Below are positions 29,208-39,746 of a DNA stretch of 55,965 bases, piece by piece. The notes beneath the pieces are model-generated. The model was not told the origin of the DNA. It worked only from the letters and a program-made list of their open reading frames with translations, and searched no databases. Source of the stretch: Pseudobutyrivibrio sp. (GTDB taxonomy: Bacteria > Bacillota > Clostridia > Lachnospirales > Lachnospiraceae); NCBI GenBank assembly GCA_021442555.1, contig JABUSV010000186.1, positions 1 to 55,965 of the forward strand, given 5' to 3'. Each line of letters opens with the position of its first letter. Position 1 is the first letter of the stretch. The position numbers and the translations under genes were made by a program.

Positions 29208-30839
29208 TTATATACGAGTGTCTCTCTCTTTTAAAGCATAAGCTATGTTGATGGAGTGATCTGCACATCGTTCAAGGTCTGTCACCATGTCAGTGAAGAT
29301 AACTCCTGCCAAAGCATCGCATTTGCCATCCATCAATCGTTCTACGTGATGATTGATTAAACTCTTCTCCTGCTTGTCTATCTTGGCTTCTATTTTTTCG
29401 ATAACACCAAGCTGGCTGTAGTCCTCTGTTCTAAAGGTCTCTATAGCCATATTTACTACTTCCATGGCATTGTCTGCCATCTCCGAAAGTTCCTTTGCAG
29501 CCTTTTTGGAAAGCTTGGCCTTCTTTGACTTCATGCGCTGAGCGTATTCTATAATATTCTCTGCATGGTCAGATATTCTCTCAATATCGGTACATGCAAT
29601 AGATATCATGGATATACGTCTGAGATTTGCCTCAGACAAATCCAACGCCTTGAGGGTAATCATGGCATCCGCTATGGCATGGTTGAGAATGTTAACTGTG
29701 TCTTCTCGCTGCTCAACTGATTCTACCTTGTCTGAATCATAATCAAAGAAGCATGACAGCGCTTCTGCAAAGTTCTCAGCAGCAATCTGTCCCATGCGGG
29801 CTGTCTCAAGCTGAGCCTGATGTATAGCCATATTAGGTGGTACGTTGGCCATCTGATTCATATATACCAGCTGTCTGTCTTCAAGAGCTCTGGTCTCCTC
29901 AGGAAGTTCAGGAATAAGCTTGTATGCAATAGCTATAATATAGTTTGTAAATGGAAGAGCTGCCACTACTGCTATAATAGAAAAAATAGTATGAGTATTA
30001 GCTATCTGTCGTCCTATATCATCAGGTGACAGCATCTTAATCCAGTCAAGCAATGGAATTACATTGATAATGATTATAAGTAAAGCTGCTCTGAACAGGT
30101 TAAAAATCAGATTAAGAATAGCAGATCTTTTACCGTTGCGGTTGGCTGTAAGCGAAGCCAAAAGATTAGGTGTAACAGAGCCAATAGCTGCACCGATAAC
30201 CAGATAAACAGCTACATCATATTGCAGCATACCCTGAACGCAGAAGGCCTGAAAGATAACTATTGATGAGCTTGAGCTCTGCAATAACGCTGTAAATGCC
30301 ACACCAAACAAAACAGCCAAGGCAGGATTCTCGAGTCCTGACAAAAAGCTCTTGAAGGCAACCGACTGCGAAAGTGGTGCAATAGCTGTCTTCATAATAG
30401 TAATACCCTGGAACAGCATACCAAAGCCCATAATAACTGAGCCCACATGTTTAGTCATGTTGTTCTTCATAAACAGGTACATTATAGCACCTATGAATAA
30501 TAAAAACGGGGTAAAAGTAGATATGTTAAAGGCCGTAATCTGGGCTGTAATAGTAGTACCGATATTAGCACCCATGATAACTCCTATAGCCTGAGCCAGT
30601 GTCATCATACCAGAGTTAACAAAACCTATAACCATAACATCAGTAGCTGAAGAGCTCTGAATAAGAATTGTCATTCCTAGACCTACCAGAACAGCCTTGT
30701 ACTTGTTCTTGGTAGCTTTTTCCAATATGTTCTGCAAATTATCTCCACAACTGTTGCGAAGACCGGTGGACATGATTGACATACCAAACAAAAAAAGTCC
30801 GACTCCACCTAATAGCGATAGTATACTCGCAATCGACAT
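29208..30839 (-). CDS. Na/Pi cotransporter family protein with C-terminal PhoU domains
   Basis: GGVGLFLFGM, QSSSAT, GANIGTT, second QSSSS, DIERISDHAENI; start set at MSIAS. Confidence 0.93.
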   Translation of the reverse strand: MSIASILSLLGGVGLFLFGMSIMSTGLRNSCGDNLQNILEKATKNKYKAVLVGLGMTILIQSSSATDVMVIGFVNSGMMTLAQAIGVIMGANIGTTITAQITAFNISTFTPFLLFIGAIMYLFMKNNMTKHVGSVIMGFGMLFQGITIMKTAIAPLSQSVAFKSFLSGLENPALAVLFGVAFTALLQSSSSSIVIFQAFCVQGMLQYDVAVYLVIGAAIGSVTPNLLASLTANRNGKRSAILNLIFNLFRAALLIIIINVIPLLDWIKMLSPDDIGRQIANTHTIFSIIAVVAALPFTNYIIAIAYKLIPELPEETRALEDRQLVYMNQMANVPPNMAIHQAQLETARMGQIAAENFAEALSCFFDYDSDKVESVEQREDTVNILNHAIADAMITLKALDLSEANLRRISMISIACTDIERISDHAENIIEYAQRMKSKKAKLSKKAAKELSEMADNAMEVVNMAIETFRTEDYSQLGVIEKIEAKIDKQEKSLINHHVERLMDGKCDALAGVIFTDMVTDLERCADHSINIAYALKERDTRI

Positions 30840-30904
30840 AATAATCCTCTCTTTACATTTAATACACATTAATTTTACTTACTTATTATATACTTGTCCA
30901 CAAA

Positions 30905-30940
30905 AAAATAGCCTCTTCAACGTTTAGAAGAGGCTATTTT
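30905..30940 (-). terminator. Terminator after htrA
   Basis: AAAATAGCCTCTTC/GAAGAGGCTATTTT. Confidence 0.8.
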
Positions 30941-30948
30941 TGTATTTA

Positions 30949-32301
30949 TTACTGTACCTTTTGATTTTTATGGGTCAAAGTAACCTGATATGTGGTCTCT
31001 GCATATTCATCCGATGCCTTTGCAACTACAACATCTATCGTTGTACCTGCTGGAAGATACTGCAGGACGTTTTGAATAGTACTCATGGATGTCACTGTAC
31101 GTCCATTAAAGCTGGTGATTACATCGCCCTGCTCTATTCCTGCTGCCGCAGCTCCAGATCCTTCCATAACCTGCTGTACATATACACCTCTTGGCAGATC
31201 ATATTGAGCCGCAAGCTCTGAAGTTATATCAACACCTCCAATACCAAAATATGATGCATTGATATCATTAACCACCTCACTGTTAATCATCTGCTGAATA
31301 ATACCCAGCGCATAATCTATAGGAATAGCATATCCCATACCTTCGACTGCTTCGTTGGTGTATTTTGCTGATACAATACCTATTACCTCGCCATCCATAT
31401 TAAGCAGCGCACCACCCGAGTTACCTGGATTAACAGCGGCATCTGTCTGAAGCAATGAGTTAACAACCATCTCACCATCATCGCCTTCTAATTCTACAAC
31501 TCTGTCCTTGGCACTGATAACGCCACTGGTTACTGATTGTCCATAGCCCAAGGCATTACCGATTACAACACAGCCCTGTCCTACCATAAGCAAGTCCGAA
31601 GCTCCCATGGACGCTACTTTTATCTTGGCCATGGTCTCTGTTTTGATATCACTTATCTTTACAGCTATTACTGCAAGGTCACAGGAATTATCTGTTCCCT
31701 TAATCTCACCAGTTACAGCTTCTTCATCGCAGAAAGTAATAGTAAGAGTCTGTGCACCTGACACTACATGGTTGTTGGATGCAATATATATGTACTCATC
31801 ATCCTGGCTGATTATAATACCAGAACCTGCCGAAGAAACATCCTGTGTGTATATACCAAACAAAGTACGATATTCCTGGATACCTACATTTGTAACCTGC
31901 ACTATTGCTGGCATGACATTATCTGCAATAAGCGCTATATCTGATGTTTGAGAGACCGTGGTAACATTCACCTTTTGATCAGAATCCGTAGTCTGAGGTA
32001 ATGCTATTACAGGCTCTACAGTTTGTTCAGATGTTGGTTCAGCTGGCAAAAGCTGTCTCATGCCATAGCTTGCTGCCTGAAAACTTGCACCTGACACCAA
32101 TCCAAATACAAGGGCTAAGGCCGCTACTTTTACAAGCTTTTTACCAAACCCATCCTTTTTTGACTTGTCTTTTATCTTATCTTTTGATTCATAATCATAG
32201 GGAGTCCAACTATAAGTTCCTTCTCCCTGATTGATATCTTCTCTTTTGTAGGAATATTCAGAGTCTCTTTTCTCTGGTCCGTTATCTAAAAAATCACTCA
32301 T
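30949..32301 (-). CDS. htrA: HtrA/DegP-family serine protease with PDZ domain
   Basis: GSGIII, SNNHVV, DLAVI, QTDAAVNPGNSGGAL, C-terminal PDZ. Confidence 0.92.
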   Translation of the reverse strand: MSDFLDNGPEKRDSEYSYKREDINQGEGTYSWTPYDYESKDKIKDKSKKDGFGKKLVKVAALALVFGLVSGASFQAASYGMRQLLPAEPTSEQTVEPVIALPQTTDSDQKVNVTTVSQTSDIALIADNVMPAIVQVTNVGIQEYRTLFGIYTQDVSSAGSGIIISQDDEYIYIASNNHVVSGAQTLTITFCDEEAVTGEIKGTDNSCDLAVIAVKISDIKTETMAKIKVASMGASDLLMVGQGCVVIGNALGYGQSVTSGVISAKDRVVELEGDDGEMVVNSLLQTDAAVNPGNSGGALLNMDGEVIGIVSAKYTNEAVEGMGYAIPIDYALGIIQQMINSEVVNDINASYFGIGGVDITSELAAQYDLPRGVYVQQVMEGSGAAAAGIEQGDVITSFNGRTVTSMSTIQNVLQYLPAGTTIDVVVAKASDEYAETTYQVTLTHKNQKVQ

Positions 32302-32374
32302 ATCTTTTGTCCTTTCTTTAAGTTTCTTGCCATAGTCTATCCAAGCAATGTGATGGCTATGTGAAGATATACTG

Positions 32375-32402
32375 AAAAAGGAGGCATATTAACTGCCTCC
32401 TT
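32375..32402 (-). terminator. Terminator after glmS
   Basis: AAGGAGGCA/TGCCTCCTT with U-tract. Confidence 0.75.
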
Positions 32403-32409
32403 CTTAAAT

Positions 32410-34236
32410 CTATTCAACTGTAACTGATTTTGCCAAGTTTCTAGGCTTATCTACATCAAAGCCCTTACCAAGAGTAACATAATATGCAAATAGCTGAAGT
32501 GGTATGATAGCAAGTGAGTTAGTAAAGTACTGATCTGTCTCAGGTATATACATTACATAGTCAGCTACTTCTTCAACCTCGGTGTTGCCTACTGTTGTAA
32601 CTGCAATAACAAAAGCGCCACGACTCTTTACCTCTACGATATTAGAGATTGACTTAGGTAGAAGCTCCTTCTGCGTACATACAGCACCTACCAGTGTTCC
32701 CTCCTCAATAAGAGAAATAGTACCATGCTTTAATTCGCCTGCAGCATATGCCTCTGAATGAATATAGCTAATCTCCTTGAGTTTTAAGGAAGCTTCAAGT
32801 GAGATAGCATAGTCAACACCACGTCCGATGAAATATACATCGTGAGCTGTTACATAGCGGTTAGCAAATCTCTGGATGCGCTCCTTGTTGTTAAGAACCA
32901 TCTCTATCTGTTCTGGAAGCTTGCGCATACTCTGGATATACTTAGCCTCATCCTCCTCAGACACCTTGCCTAATGCCTTGCCAAAAGAAATGGCAAGAAG
33001 ATAATGTGTCATAAGCTGGGCACTGTATGCCTTGGTTGTAGCAACAGCAATCTCTGGTCCTGCATAGGTTAATACTACGATATCTGCATCACGGGCTATT
33101 GATGAGCCCTCTACATTGACTATTGCAAGAGTCCTGATTCCCTGCTCCTTGGCATAGATTAACGCTGCCTTGGAATCTGCTGTCTCACCAGACTGGCTGA
33201 TGATAACAACCAGCTCGTTAGGATCAAGAATAGGATTACGATATCTGAACTCACTGGCAAGATCGCATTCTACTGGAATACGACACATACCCTCGTAGAT
33301 ATATTTTGCTGTAACGCCAGTATGATAAGCTGAACCACAAGCTACTATTCTGATACGGGAAATCTGTCTCATGTCATCCTCTGACATATTGAATCCCTCA
33401 ATATTTACCTTGCCATCCTTTACATGATGAGACAGTGTATCTCTTATTGTCTTAGGCTGCTCATGAATCTCTTTTTCCATGAAATATTCATAGCCGCCCT
33501 TTGAAGCAGCCTCGGCATCCCATTCGATGGTCTTTGATTCCTTTTCGATAGGCTGACCATCTACATCAAAGAAATCAATGGCGTCTTCTGTAAGATGAGC
33601 AATCTCACCGTTGTCTATAAAATATACATTACGTGTGTACTTAAGTACTGCAGGGACATCGGAAGCGATGAGGTTGCCATCCTTGCCTCGGCCTACGATA
33701 AGTGGGCTATCCTTACGAACTGCAAAAATCTCATCAGGATGCTCTGCAAAGATAATACCCAAAGCATAGCTGCCCTCTACACGGTGCATAACCTTGGTAA
33801 TAGCTTCTAGTGGATCGCCCTTGTAATAATAATCCAAAAGATGAGCTACTACCTCAGTATCAGTCTGAGATTTGAAACTATATCCACGTGAGATAAGCTT
33901 ATCCTTTAGCTTTGCGTAGTTTTCAATAATACCATTGTGCACTACTGCAATAGTCTCTGATTCGTTAAGATGTGGGTGAGAGTTAATCTCACTTGGCTCA
34001 CCATGAGTTGCCCAGCGTGTATGACCTATACCAATAGTACCAGGCATAGTCTCTCCATCATGGGTCTTTTCACTAAGCACCTTGAGTCTTCCAAGTGCCT
34101 TCTCAAATGCAATCTTGTTGCCATCATATACAGCCATACCAGCTGAATCATAGCCTCTATATTCAAGCTTAGCCAGTCCATCCAAAAGAACAGGGGCTGC
34201 TTGTGATTTACCTACGTATCCAACGATTCCGCACAT
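32410..34236 (-). CDS. glmS: Glutamine--fructose-6-phosphate aminotransferase
   Basis: True start MCGIVG (catalytic Cys) after AAGGAG; LEYRGYDSAG, GHTRWATHG, SQSGETAD, PRNLAKSVTVE. Confidence 0.98.
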   Translation of the reverse strand: MCGIVGYVGKSQAAPVLLDGLAKLEYRGYDSAGMAVYDGNKIAFEKALGRLKVLSEKTHDGETMPGTIGIGHTRWATHGEPSEINSHPHLNESETIAVVHNGIIENYAKLKDKLISRGYSFKSQTDTEVVAHLLDYYYKGDPLEAITKVMHRVEGSYALGIIFAEHPDEIFAVRKDSPLIVGRGKDGNLIASDVPAVLKYTRNVYFIDNGEIAHLTEDAIDFFDVDGQPIEKESKTIEWDAEAASKGGYEYFMEKEIHEQPKTIRDTLSHHVKDGKVNIEGFNMSEDDMRQISRIRIVACGSAYHTGVTAKYIYEGMCRIPVECDLASEFRYRNPILDPNELVVIISQSGETADSKAALIYAKEQGIRTLAIVNVEGSSIARDADIVVLTYAGPEIAVATTKAYSAQLMTHYLLAISFGKALGKVSEEDEAKYIQSMRKLPEQIEMVLNNKERIQRFANRYVTAHDVYFIGRGVDYAISLEASLKLKEISYIHSEAYAAGELKHGTISLIEEGTLVGAVCTQKELLPKSISNIVEVKSRGAFVIAVTTVGNTEVEEVADYVMYIPETDQYFTNSLAIIPLQLFAYYVTLGKGFDVDKPRNLAKSVTVE

Positions 34237-34263
34237 AATAAATCTCCTTTTTCTATTTAAATT

Positions 34264-34294
34264 AAAAAGTCGACGGAGCGCAAACTCCGCCGAC
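34264..34294 (-). terminator. Terminator-like hairpin between LCP gene and glmS
   Basis: GTCGGCGGAG/CTCCGTCGAC followed by TTTTT on minus strand. Confidence 0.7.
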
Positions 34295-34313
34295 ATTATA
34301 TAACATATACAAC

Positions 34314-35528
34314 TTATTGTCCATCACTGGTCTGATTAATGGTCGCACTGTCAACTGTTGTACCAGTATCTGACTGAATCTGTTGGCTGATTCCCTTAAC
34401 AGTAGCAGTTGGCACATAATCCACCTGATCATACAACAATTCATGAAGCTTAATAACGTTTGTCTCCAAAGTACATGGAACAACAAGGCTACCCTTGTCC
34501 CCAAACTTACCTGACATAAGATCAAATGGGAAACCACAGGTTGTAGCAATATCATATTTGCTCAAATCAATTGCCAATCCGGCAACCTGATCTGGTGAAA
34601 GTGATGTTGATACGTTTGGAAGTACTGCATCAATAACTGCATTAAGCTCCATTGCAGAAGCATTCTTTAATTTATCTATAATCTTGAGAACAACTTCACG
34701 TTGTCTTGCAGTACGGTCATAGTCATCACCACCGCCATAACGATTACGACAATATGCAACAGTCTGGACGCCATCAAGTGTCTGTACACCTGGCTCAAGA
34801 TACCACTCAGTCTCTATACCTGTAACCTCTGATACCTCGGCGATATAACTTGCAAAAGCTGGAAGGCCTGTCTCCTTATTAACCGCTTCTACAAAGCTCT
34901 TAGAAAGTTCTACCTCAATACCGCCTACTGCATCTACCACCTGCGCCAATGCCATAAAGTCCACTGCGCAGTATCCGTCAACCTGAATATCAAGATTAGC
35001 ATTGAGCATGTTAAGCGATTCCTTAGGTCCGCCATGGTTGTATGCATAGTTACACTTACGATACTTATCGTTAGTATCTACTCTAAGATATGTATCACGC
35101 ATTACTGAAACTACGTTGACTTCCTTAGTGTCATTGTTAATAGATACAATCATCATACTATCAGAGTTACCTGATTCGTAATTGCCGTTGGTACGGTTAT
35201 CTACACCAAACAATGCAATAGTAGTGTAGTTCTTAATTATTGCTTCTGTTTCATCATCAAGTTCGTTAACCGTCAAGTCCTCGACACTTATTGTATTATC
35301 CCAGTTAACCTTACCAACCTTGGTCCATACGAACACAGCTAAAAGAAGTATAATAACCAACAGTATCTCTACTATCAGAATTATTGTTTTTTTCTTTTTT
35401 TTCTTTTTGGCAGCCTCAGCCTTTGCTCTGCCGTTAGGTCTTGCAGGCTGATTTGGATTGCCTGGCCTTCTCTGTCCGTTAGCAGGTCGTCTATTAGGTG
35501 TTCTCTGGTCTCCATTACCAGTACTCAT
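34314..35528 (-). CDS. LCP (LytR-CpsA-Psr) family phosphotransferase
   Basis: Basic N-terminus plus TM; FGVDNR, NSDSMMI, SVMRDTY, YCRNRY, DYDRTARQR. Confidence 0.93.
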   Translation of the reverse strand: MSTGNGDQRTPNRRPANGQRRPGNPNQPARPNGRAKAEAAKKKKKKKTIILIVEILLVIILLLAVFVWTKVGKVNWDNTISVEDLTVNELDDETEAIIKNYTTIALFGVDNRTNGNYESGNSDSMMIVSINNDTKEVNVVSVMRDTYLRVDTNDKYRKCNYAYNHGGPKESLNMLNANLDIQVDGYCAVDFMALAQVVDAVGGIEVELSKSFVEAVNKETGLPAFASYIAEVSEVTGIETEWYLEPGVQTLDGVQTVAYCRNRYGGGDDYDRTARQREVVLKIIDKLKNASAMELNAVIDAVLPNVSTSLSPDQVAGLAIDLSKYDIATTCGFPFDLMSGKFGDKGSLVVPCTLETNVIKLHELLYDQVDYVPTATVKGISQQIQSDTGTTVDSATINQTSDGQ

Positions 35529-35583
35529 ATACTTATCTCCTTATTTTTACATGATGTAATAATATATAATGTCACTTAGAAAA

Positions 35584-35612
35584 AGCATACTCTTAGACAA
35601 ATAGTGTGTCAA
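35584..35612 (-). promoter_or_regulatory. sigma-A-type promoter for LCP gene
   Basis: TTGACA-17 bp-TATGCT. Confidence 0.55.
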
Positions 35613-35674
35613 GTTTTATAGATATTTTTGTCACAATTGTATAAAAAATAGCAACATTTTACTATAAGTGCCAA

Positions 35675-37084
35675 TTAACTATCTGCAGATATGTCATCTT
35701 CTGACGATTCTTTCATAGGCTGATATACAAATTCACCATCCACTCCCGGTAACATATAGTTACTTAGTCCTAACGGAAGGTTCATATTATAATAAGGATC
35801 TCCTGATTTTAGTTCATCCTGCCACGTGCTAACCAGCAATTCATGGGAGGTCTGTGAGCTTATCTCTTCTTTTTTCTTGTATTTAGCAATACATTCCGGT
35901 GCTACTATTGTCCTGTATCCCTTGGCTCTTGCTCTCATGCAAAAATCAAGCATGGCATCTCTTCCTGTAAGGGATGGATTGAATCCGCCCAGTTTGCGAT
36001 ATACCTTGGCATCTATCATGCAACAGCCAGAATCTACTGTAGCTACATCTCTTGGAATCAGAGCCAGGTCCTCATAGGATGAATGATATATCTTCTGCCC
36101 GTGGAAAGCAGGATATGTAAATCCTTCATTATCAATGGCAAACCCTATGTTGTCTACTGTAAAAAGCCTGCCCAAAAACCTGACTCCTACCACAGCAACA
36201 TCAGGTATTTTAAGATATCCGTACAGTGTTTTGGCATTGTTTCTGGTGATAAGCTTGACGTTATCATCATGCATAAAGATATAGTCCTTGGAAAATCTCT
36301 TGAAATCCGAACTATCGTAGACTATTCCCCACTTGGTTTCATTTGGCTCTGAAATAGTGCTGATTACCATTCCGCTTTGTCTAAGATAGGTTGCAGCAAG
36401 GGCCACATGTTCCTTGTAGGCATAGCTTCTTTCCTGTCTTTGCTCCTTGGTAAGAGGGCCGTTTATTAGTCTTCTCTTATGATATAAAAGCATAGGAATA
36501 TGCTCAAAGACAGCCCCTTTGAAACAACACCTTAATATGTAATCATACATATATGCATATTTTGCCTTCTCCTGAAAGCTTCCGCACTTTTTGTACAGCT
36601 TTTTTGAAATACAAATAAAGTCCCCCATGTAATGGGTATGCATTAACAATTCTCGATTATAATGTTCTTTGAAATGGGGATTCATTCGATCCTGACCCAC
36701 CAGCTCATCGTGGTCAGTATAGATAACCAGATTCTCAGCCTCACTCTTATATGCCACCTGGGCCATTTCAAGCAACGTCTTAGAGCTTAGTCTGTCGTAT
36801 TGGTTAATATACACCAGATAATCACCCTCAGCAAAATGAGAGCCTATGTTATTTGCATAGGCTCCACCTTTGGGATTCTTAAGCTTTCGATAATGTACCT
36901 TGTCGACAATATCAGGAAAAAATTCCTTGATAATCACCTCAAGGGCATCGGTCTTGCTCTCATCTAAAATATAAAGTTCAAATTCTCTGTATTCCTGCTC
37001 ATCGATAGATTCAAGCATGTCCTTGAACATATCCTGGTCTGTATCATGAGCCCATACTATAAGAGAAAAGTAAGGTGTCTCCAC
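35675..37084 (-). CDS. GT2-like glycosyltransferase, divergent motifs
   Basis: Collinear with the two-domain GT2 at 39746 (IYTDHD, PHFK, HIP, GDPYYN) but the DxD-type motif is altered. Confidence 0.8.
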   Translation of the reverse strand: METPYFSLIVWAHDTDQDMFKDMLESIDEQEYREFELYILDESKTDALEVIIKEFFPDIVDKVHYRKLKNPKGGAYANNIGSHFAEGDYLVYINQYDRLSSKTLLEMAQVAYKSEAENLVIYTDHDELVGQDRMNPHFKEHYNRELLMHTHYMGDFICISKKLYKKCGSFQEKAKYAYMYDYILRCCFKGAVFEHIPMLLYHKRRLINGPLTKEQRQERSYAYKEHVALAATYLRQSGMVISTISEPNETKWGIVYDSSDFKRFSKDYIFMHDDNVKLITRNNAKTLYGYLKIPDVAVVGVRFLGRLFTVDNIGFAIDNEGFTYPAFHGQKIYHSSYEDLALIPRDVATVDSGCCMIDAKVYRKLGGFNPSLTGRDAMLDFCMRARAKGYRTIVAPECIAKYKKKEEISSQTSHELLVSTWQDELKSGDPYYNMNLPLGLSNYMLPGVDGEFVYQPMKESSEDDISADS

Positions 37085-38508
37085 TACTTTGAACCCTTTC
37101 CAGAAAATACAACACCAACTGTCTTAAATAGTATTTTCATATCAAGGCCAAGTGACCAGTTGGATATATATTCTGTATCCAGTGCCACCACCTCTTCAAA
37201 ATCTGTAATATCACTTCTACCAGATACCTGCCACATTCCTGTTAATCCAGGAGTTATGGACAATCTGGCCTTATGATGCAAAGCATAGTTTTCGTATTCG
37301 TCCTCTGTAGGTGGTCTTGTGCCTACCAGCGACATATCGCCTTTTAGCACATTCCAAAACTGAGGCAACTCATCTATAGAATATTTTCTAAGGAAATGTC
37401 CAATAGGAATTATACGAGGATCGTTTTTCATCTTGAACATATTACCTTCTATTTCATTTTGAGCCATGAGCTCCTGTTTTCTGGCATCAGCATCCACAAA
37501 CATGGTTCTGAATTTGTAGAACTTAAATCTGCGTCCGTTTTTTCCTATTCGGGTGGAATTGTAAAAAACAGAGCCCTTTGACTGTACCTTAATAGGAATG
37601 GCAAATATAAGAAAAGCAATAAGTGTAAGCAAAAGTCCCACAATACTACCTATTATATCCGTCAACCTCTTTAAAAATACCTGTCTGTTGCTGGCAACAT
37701 GCATACTGGTGGTAAGCACATAATAGTTGCCATAGTTCTCCATGATGCGATTAGGCATAAGCTGGTCAGCATGAAGTAAAGCAATATGCACTATAAGGCC
37801 TTGCTCTACAAGCTCTCCTGCCAAACACTCTGCTGCCTCTCTGTCGCCACCATCAATATATACTTCATCGATAATATTGTTCTTGAAGTATTCATACATG
37901 GTATCCTTGTTAGCTACAACATCAAAGCCATGAATCTGTTGGCCCATCATATCCCTGTCCAAAAGAACAACGCCGGATACCTTGAAATCAGTGTATTTGT
38001 TGAAAGCAATCTCATTAAGACAGGCCTCTACCGTCTCTGTCTCGGCCACTACAATCATCTGAGATTTGTTGATATCCTTCAGCTTTCTCTTGCGGATAAC
38101 TCGCTTCCAGATAACCCTGCCCACATAGGAAATAAAAAGCATCAATACAAAGAATATACCAAGCGCAAGTCTTGAATATTCCTTGGTATGCTGAGTAACC
38201 CATGCGTATACCAGTATTCCACCCATATTAATTGCGGAATGGACAATACAGGAAATCAGCTCTTCATATTTAGTTCGTCTGAGGATTCCATTGTAAGACT
38301 CTGTGAAGAACACTCCCACCAGATCGATAAAAATTACCATTCCGGCCAGACGTTCATACAATATATAATACTCATATCTGTCAACAAACATGACAGCACC
38401 CTTGAACTTAATCATTATCGCTAAGAATAATGCCAATTCACAGGCTATTAAGTCTATTATTGTAAAATCCAGATGCTTAGCCCAGGATCTCTTTTTTCTT
38501 CTGTACAA
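37084..38508 (-). CDS. Polyprenyl glycosylphosphotransferase (priming sugar transferase, CpsE/WcaJ-like)
   Basis: KRLTDI, YKFRTM, DPR, SIDELPQFWNVLKGDMSLVGTRP, PGLTGMWQVSGRS. Confidence 0.95.
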   Translation of the reverse strand: MYRRKKRSWAKHLDFTIIDLIACELALFLAIMIKFKGAVMFVDRYEYYILYERLAGMVIFIDLVGVFFTESYNGILRRTKYEELISCIVHSAINMGGILVYAWVTQHTKEYSRLALGIFFVLMLFISYVGRVIWKRVIRKRKLKDINKSQMIVVAETETVEACLNEIAFNKYTDFKVSGVVLLDRDMMGQQIHGFDVVANKDTMYEYFKNNIIDEVYIDGGDREAAECLAGELVEQGLIVHIALLHADQLMPNRIMENYGNYYVLTTSMHVASNRQVFLKRLTDIIGSIVGLLLTLIAFLIFAIPIKVQSKGSVFYNSTRIGKNGRRFKFYKFRTMFVDADARKQELMAQNEIEGNMFKMKNDPRIIPIGHFLRKYSIDELPQFWNVLKGDMSLVGTRPPTEDEYENYALHHKARLSITPGLTGMWQVSGRSDITDFEEVVALDTEYISNWSLGLDMKILFKTVGVVFSGKGSK

Positions 38509-38519
38509 ATCCCTTTACC

Positions 38520-39746
38520 TTATAACTCAATACCATTAAGCTTTAACAGTTCTCTTGCTGAATCTACAGAATCGACACCATGCAGGTTCTTAATAGGAGC
38601 AAATTCCTTTTCTCTTACGACTTCAAATGCGAGATTGTTATCCATCATCTGAATCATATCAAGAACCAGTAGTTCAAACTTGTAACCGTTTGGTTCTGTA
38701 GGTGATACATTTTCACCTGCCTCGTTAACATATGGAATCTTCTTTTCAACCACATGTACCATCATGTTATTATTAACAATTTCTTCTAATTTTTCAACTG
38801 CAAAGAGATAGTTAAGAATAACACCATGCTTGTATAACAGACTGCCGTCGGCTGCACAAGCTTCTGCCATATCCTTGTCCATCTCATAATATTCTACTAT
38901 ACTTGGATGTCCATTTTCCATACAAAGTAGACCAAGCTTTTCTTGTGGTTCAACCTTGCGTACGACTTTGGAACCGCAGCAGAATCCACCTGAGATTGTA
39001 GCTCCCACAAATACAGGATCCGCAATCTGCTGAAGCACATTGTCTACAGCAAAAATATTAATCCACTTAACACCACGCTTATGTAAGTCCTTATCAAGCC
39101 CAGCCTTAACCATAGATGCAAACCAACCGCCATTACCGTTTGGAGATGTAGCAAGTCTGCCTGACTCTTCTAATAAAAGCTTGCCATTGTAATCAACTGC
39201 ACAGGCCATATCCTGAATAAAAAACCTCACGTAGCTTTCATCATAGCCAAAATAATTGTGCTCCTTGAAAAACTTGCGAGTATTCTCATCGTTTTTCTCG
39301 CTGGTCATAACATAAAATGGTATAAAACAGCCGGCTTTTTCAACCACCTTCATCAGGTTATTGATAAGGCACTCGAATATATAAAGTTCTCTTGTCACTC
39401 CTACATTATAGCAGCCCTTTGGCAAATCAAAGCCAAGTCTTGTTCCCATACCGCCTGCTAAAAGTACTGCAGCCACCTCGCCTTTTTGGATGGCTTCAAG
39501 ACCAATAGCTTCGAACTCATCATGTCTTGCCTCTATTTCAGCACATTCTACTGCTGCCGGCACCTCAAAAGGTCCTCTGTTTTCACAAGCTTCATTGCCA
39601 GCAATAAGCTCAAAATCACCCCAGTTGATATTCTCTATCTGAGCTAAAAATTCCGCCTGTTTTTCTGCAGTAAGTGTGTCAAAGCCCTTCATAATGTGTG
39701 CCTGATTCTTTGCCTCTAATAATTCAAGCGCTTCTGTTTTGTTCAT
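38520..39746 (-). CDS. UDPGP type 1 family nucleotidyltransferase (UAP1-like UDP-GlcNAc/UDP-sugar pyrophosphorylase)
   Basis: LLAGGMGTRLG..PKG, SPNGNGG, VDN, VEYYE, KKIPY, KFE, REKEFAPIKN. Confidence 0.9.
   Translation of the reverse strand: MNKTEALELLEAKNQAHIMKGFDTLTAEKQAEFLAQIENINWGDFELIAGNEACENRGPFEVPAAVECAEIEARHDEFEAIGLEAIQKGEVAAVLLAGGMGTRLGFDLPKGCYNVGVTRELYIFECLINNLMKVVEKAGCFIPFYVMTSEKNDENTRKFFKEHNYFGYDESYVRFFIQDMACAVDYNGKLLLEESGRLATSPNGNGGWFASMVKAGLDKDLHKRGVKWINIFAVDNVLQQIADPVFVGATISGGFCCGSKVVRKVEPQEKLGLLCMENGHPSIVEYYEMDKDMAEACAADGSLLYKHGVILNYLFAVEKLEEIVNNNMMVHVVEKKIPYVNEAGENVSPTEPNGYKFELLVLDMIQMMDNNLAFEVVREKEFAPIKNLHGVDSVDSARELLKLNGIEL

Noticed and set aside
34237-34313. glmS ribozyme, and the ORF-track start at 34296
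   Set aside because: Only 77 nt between the LCP stop and MCGIVG, with no ribozyme core; GlmS needs the N-terminal Cys, so the 20-aa extension is spurious
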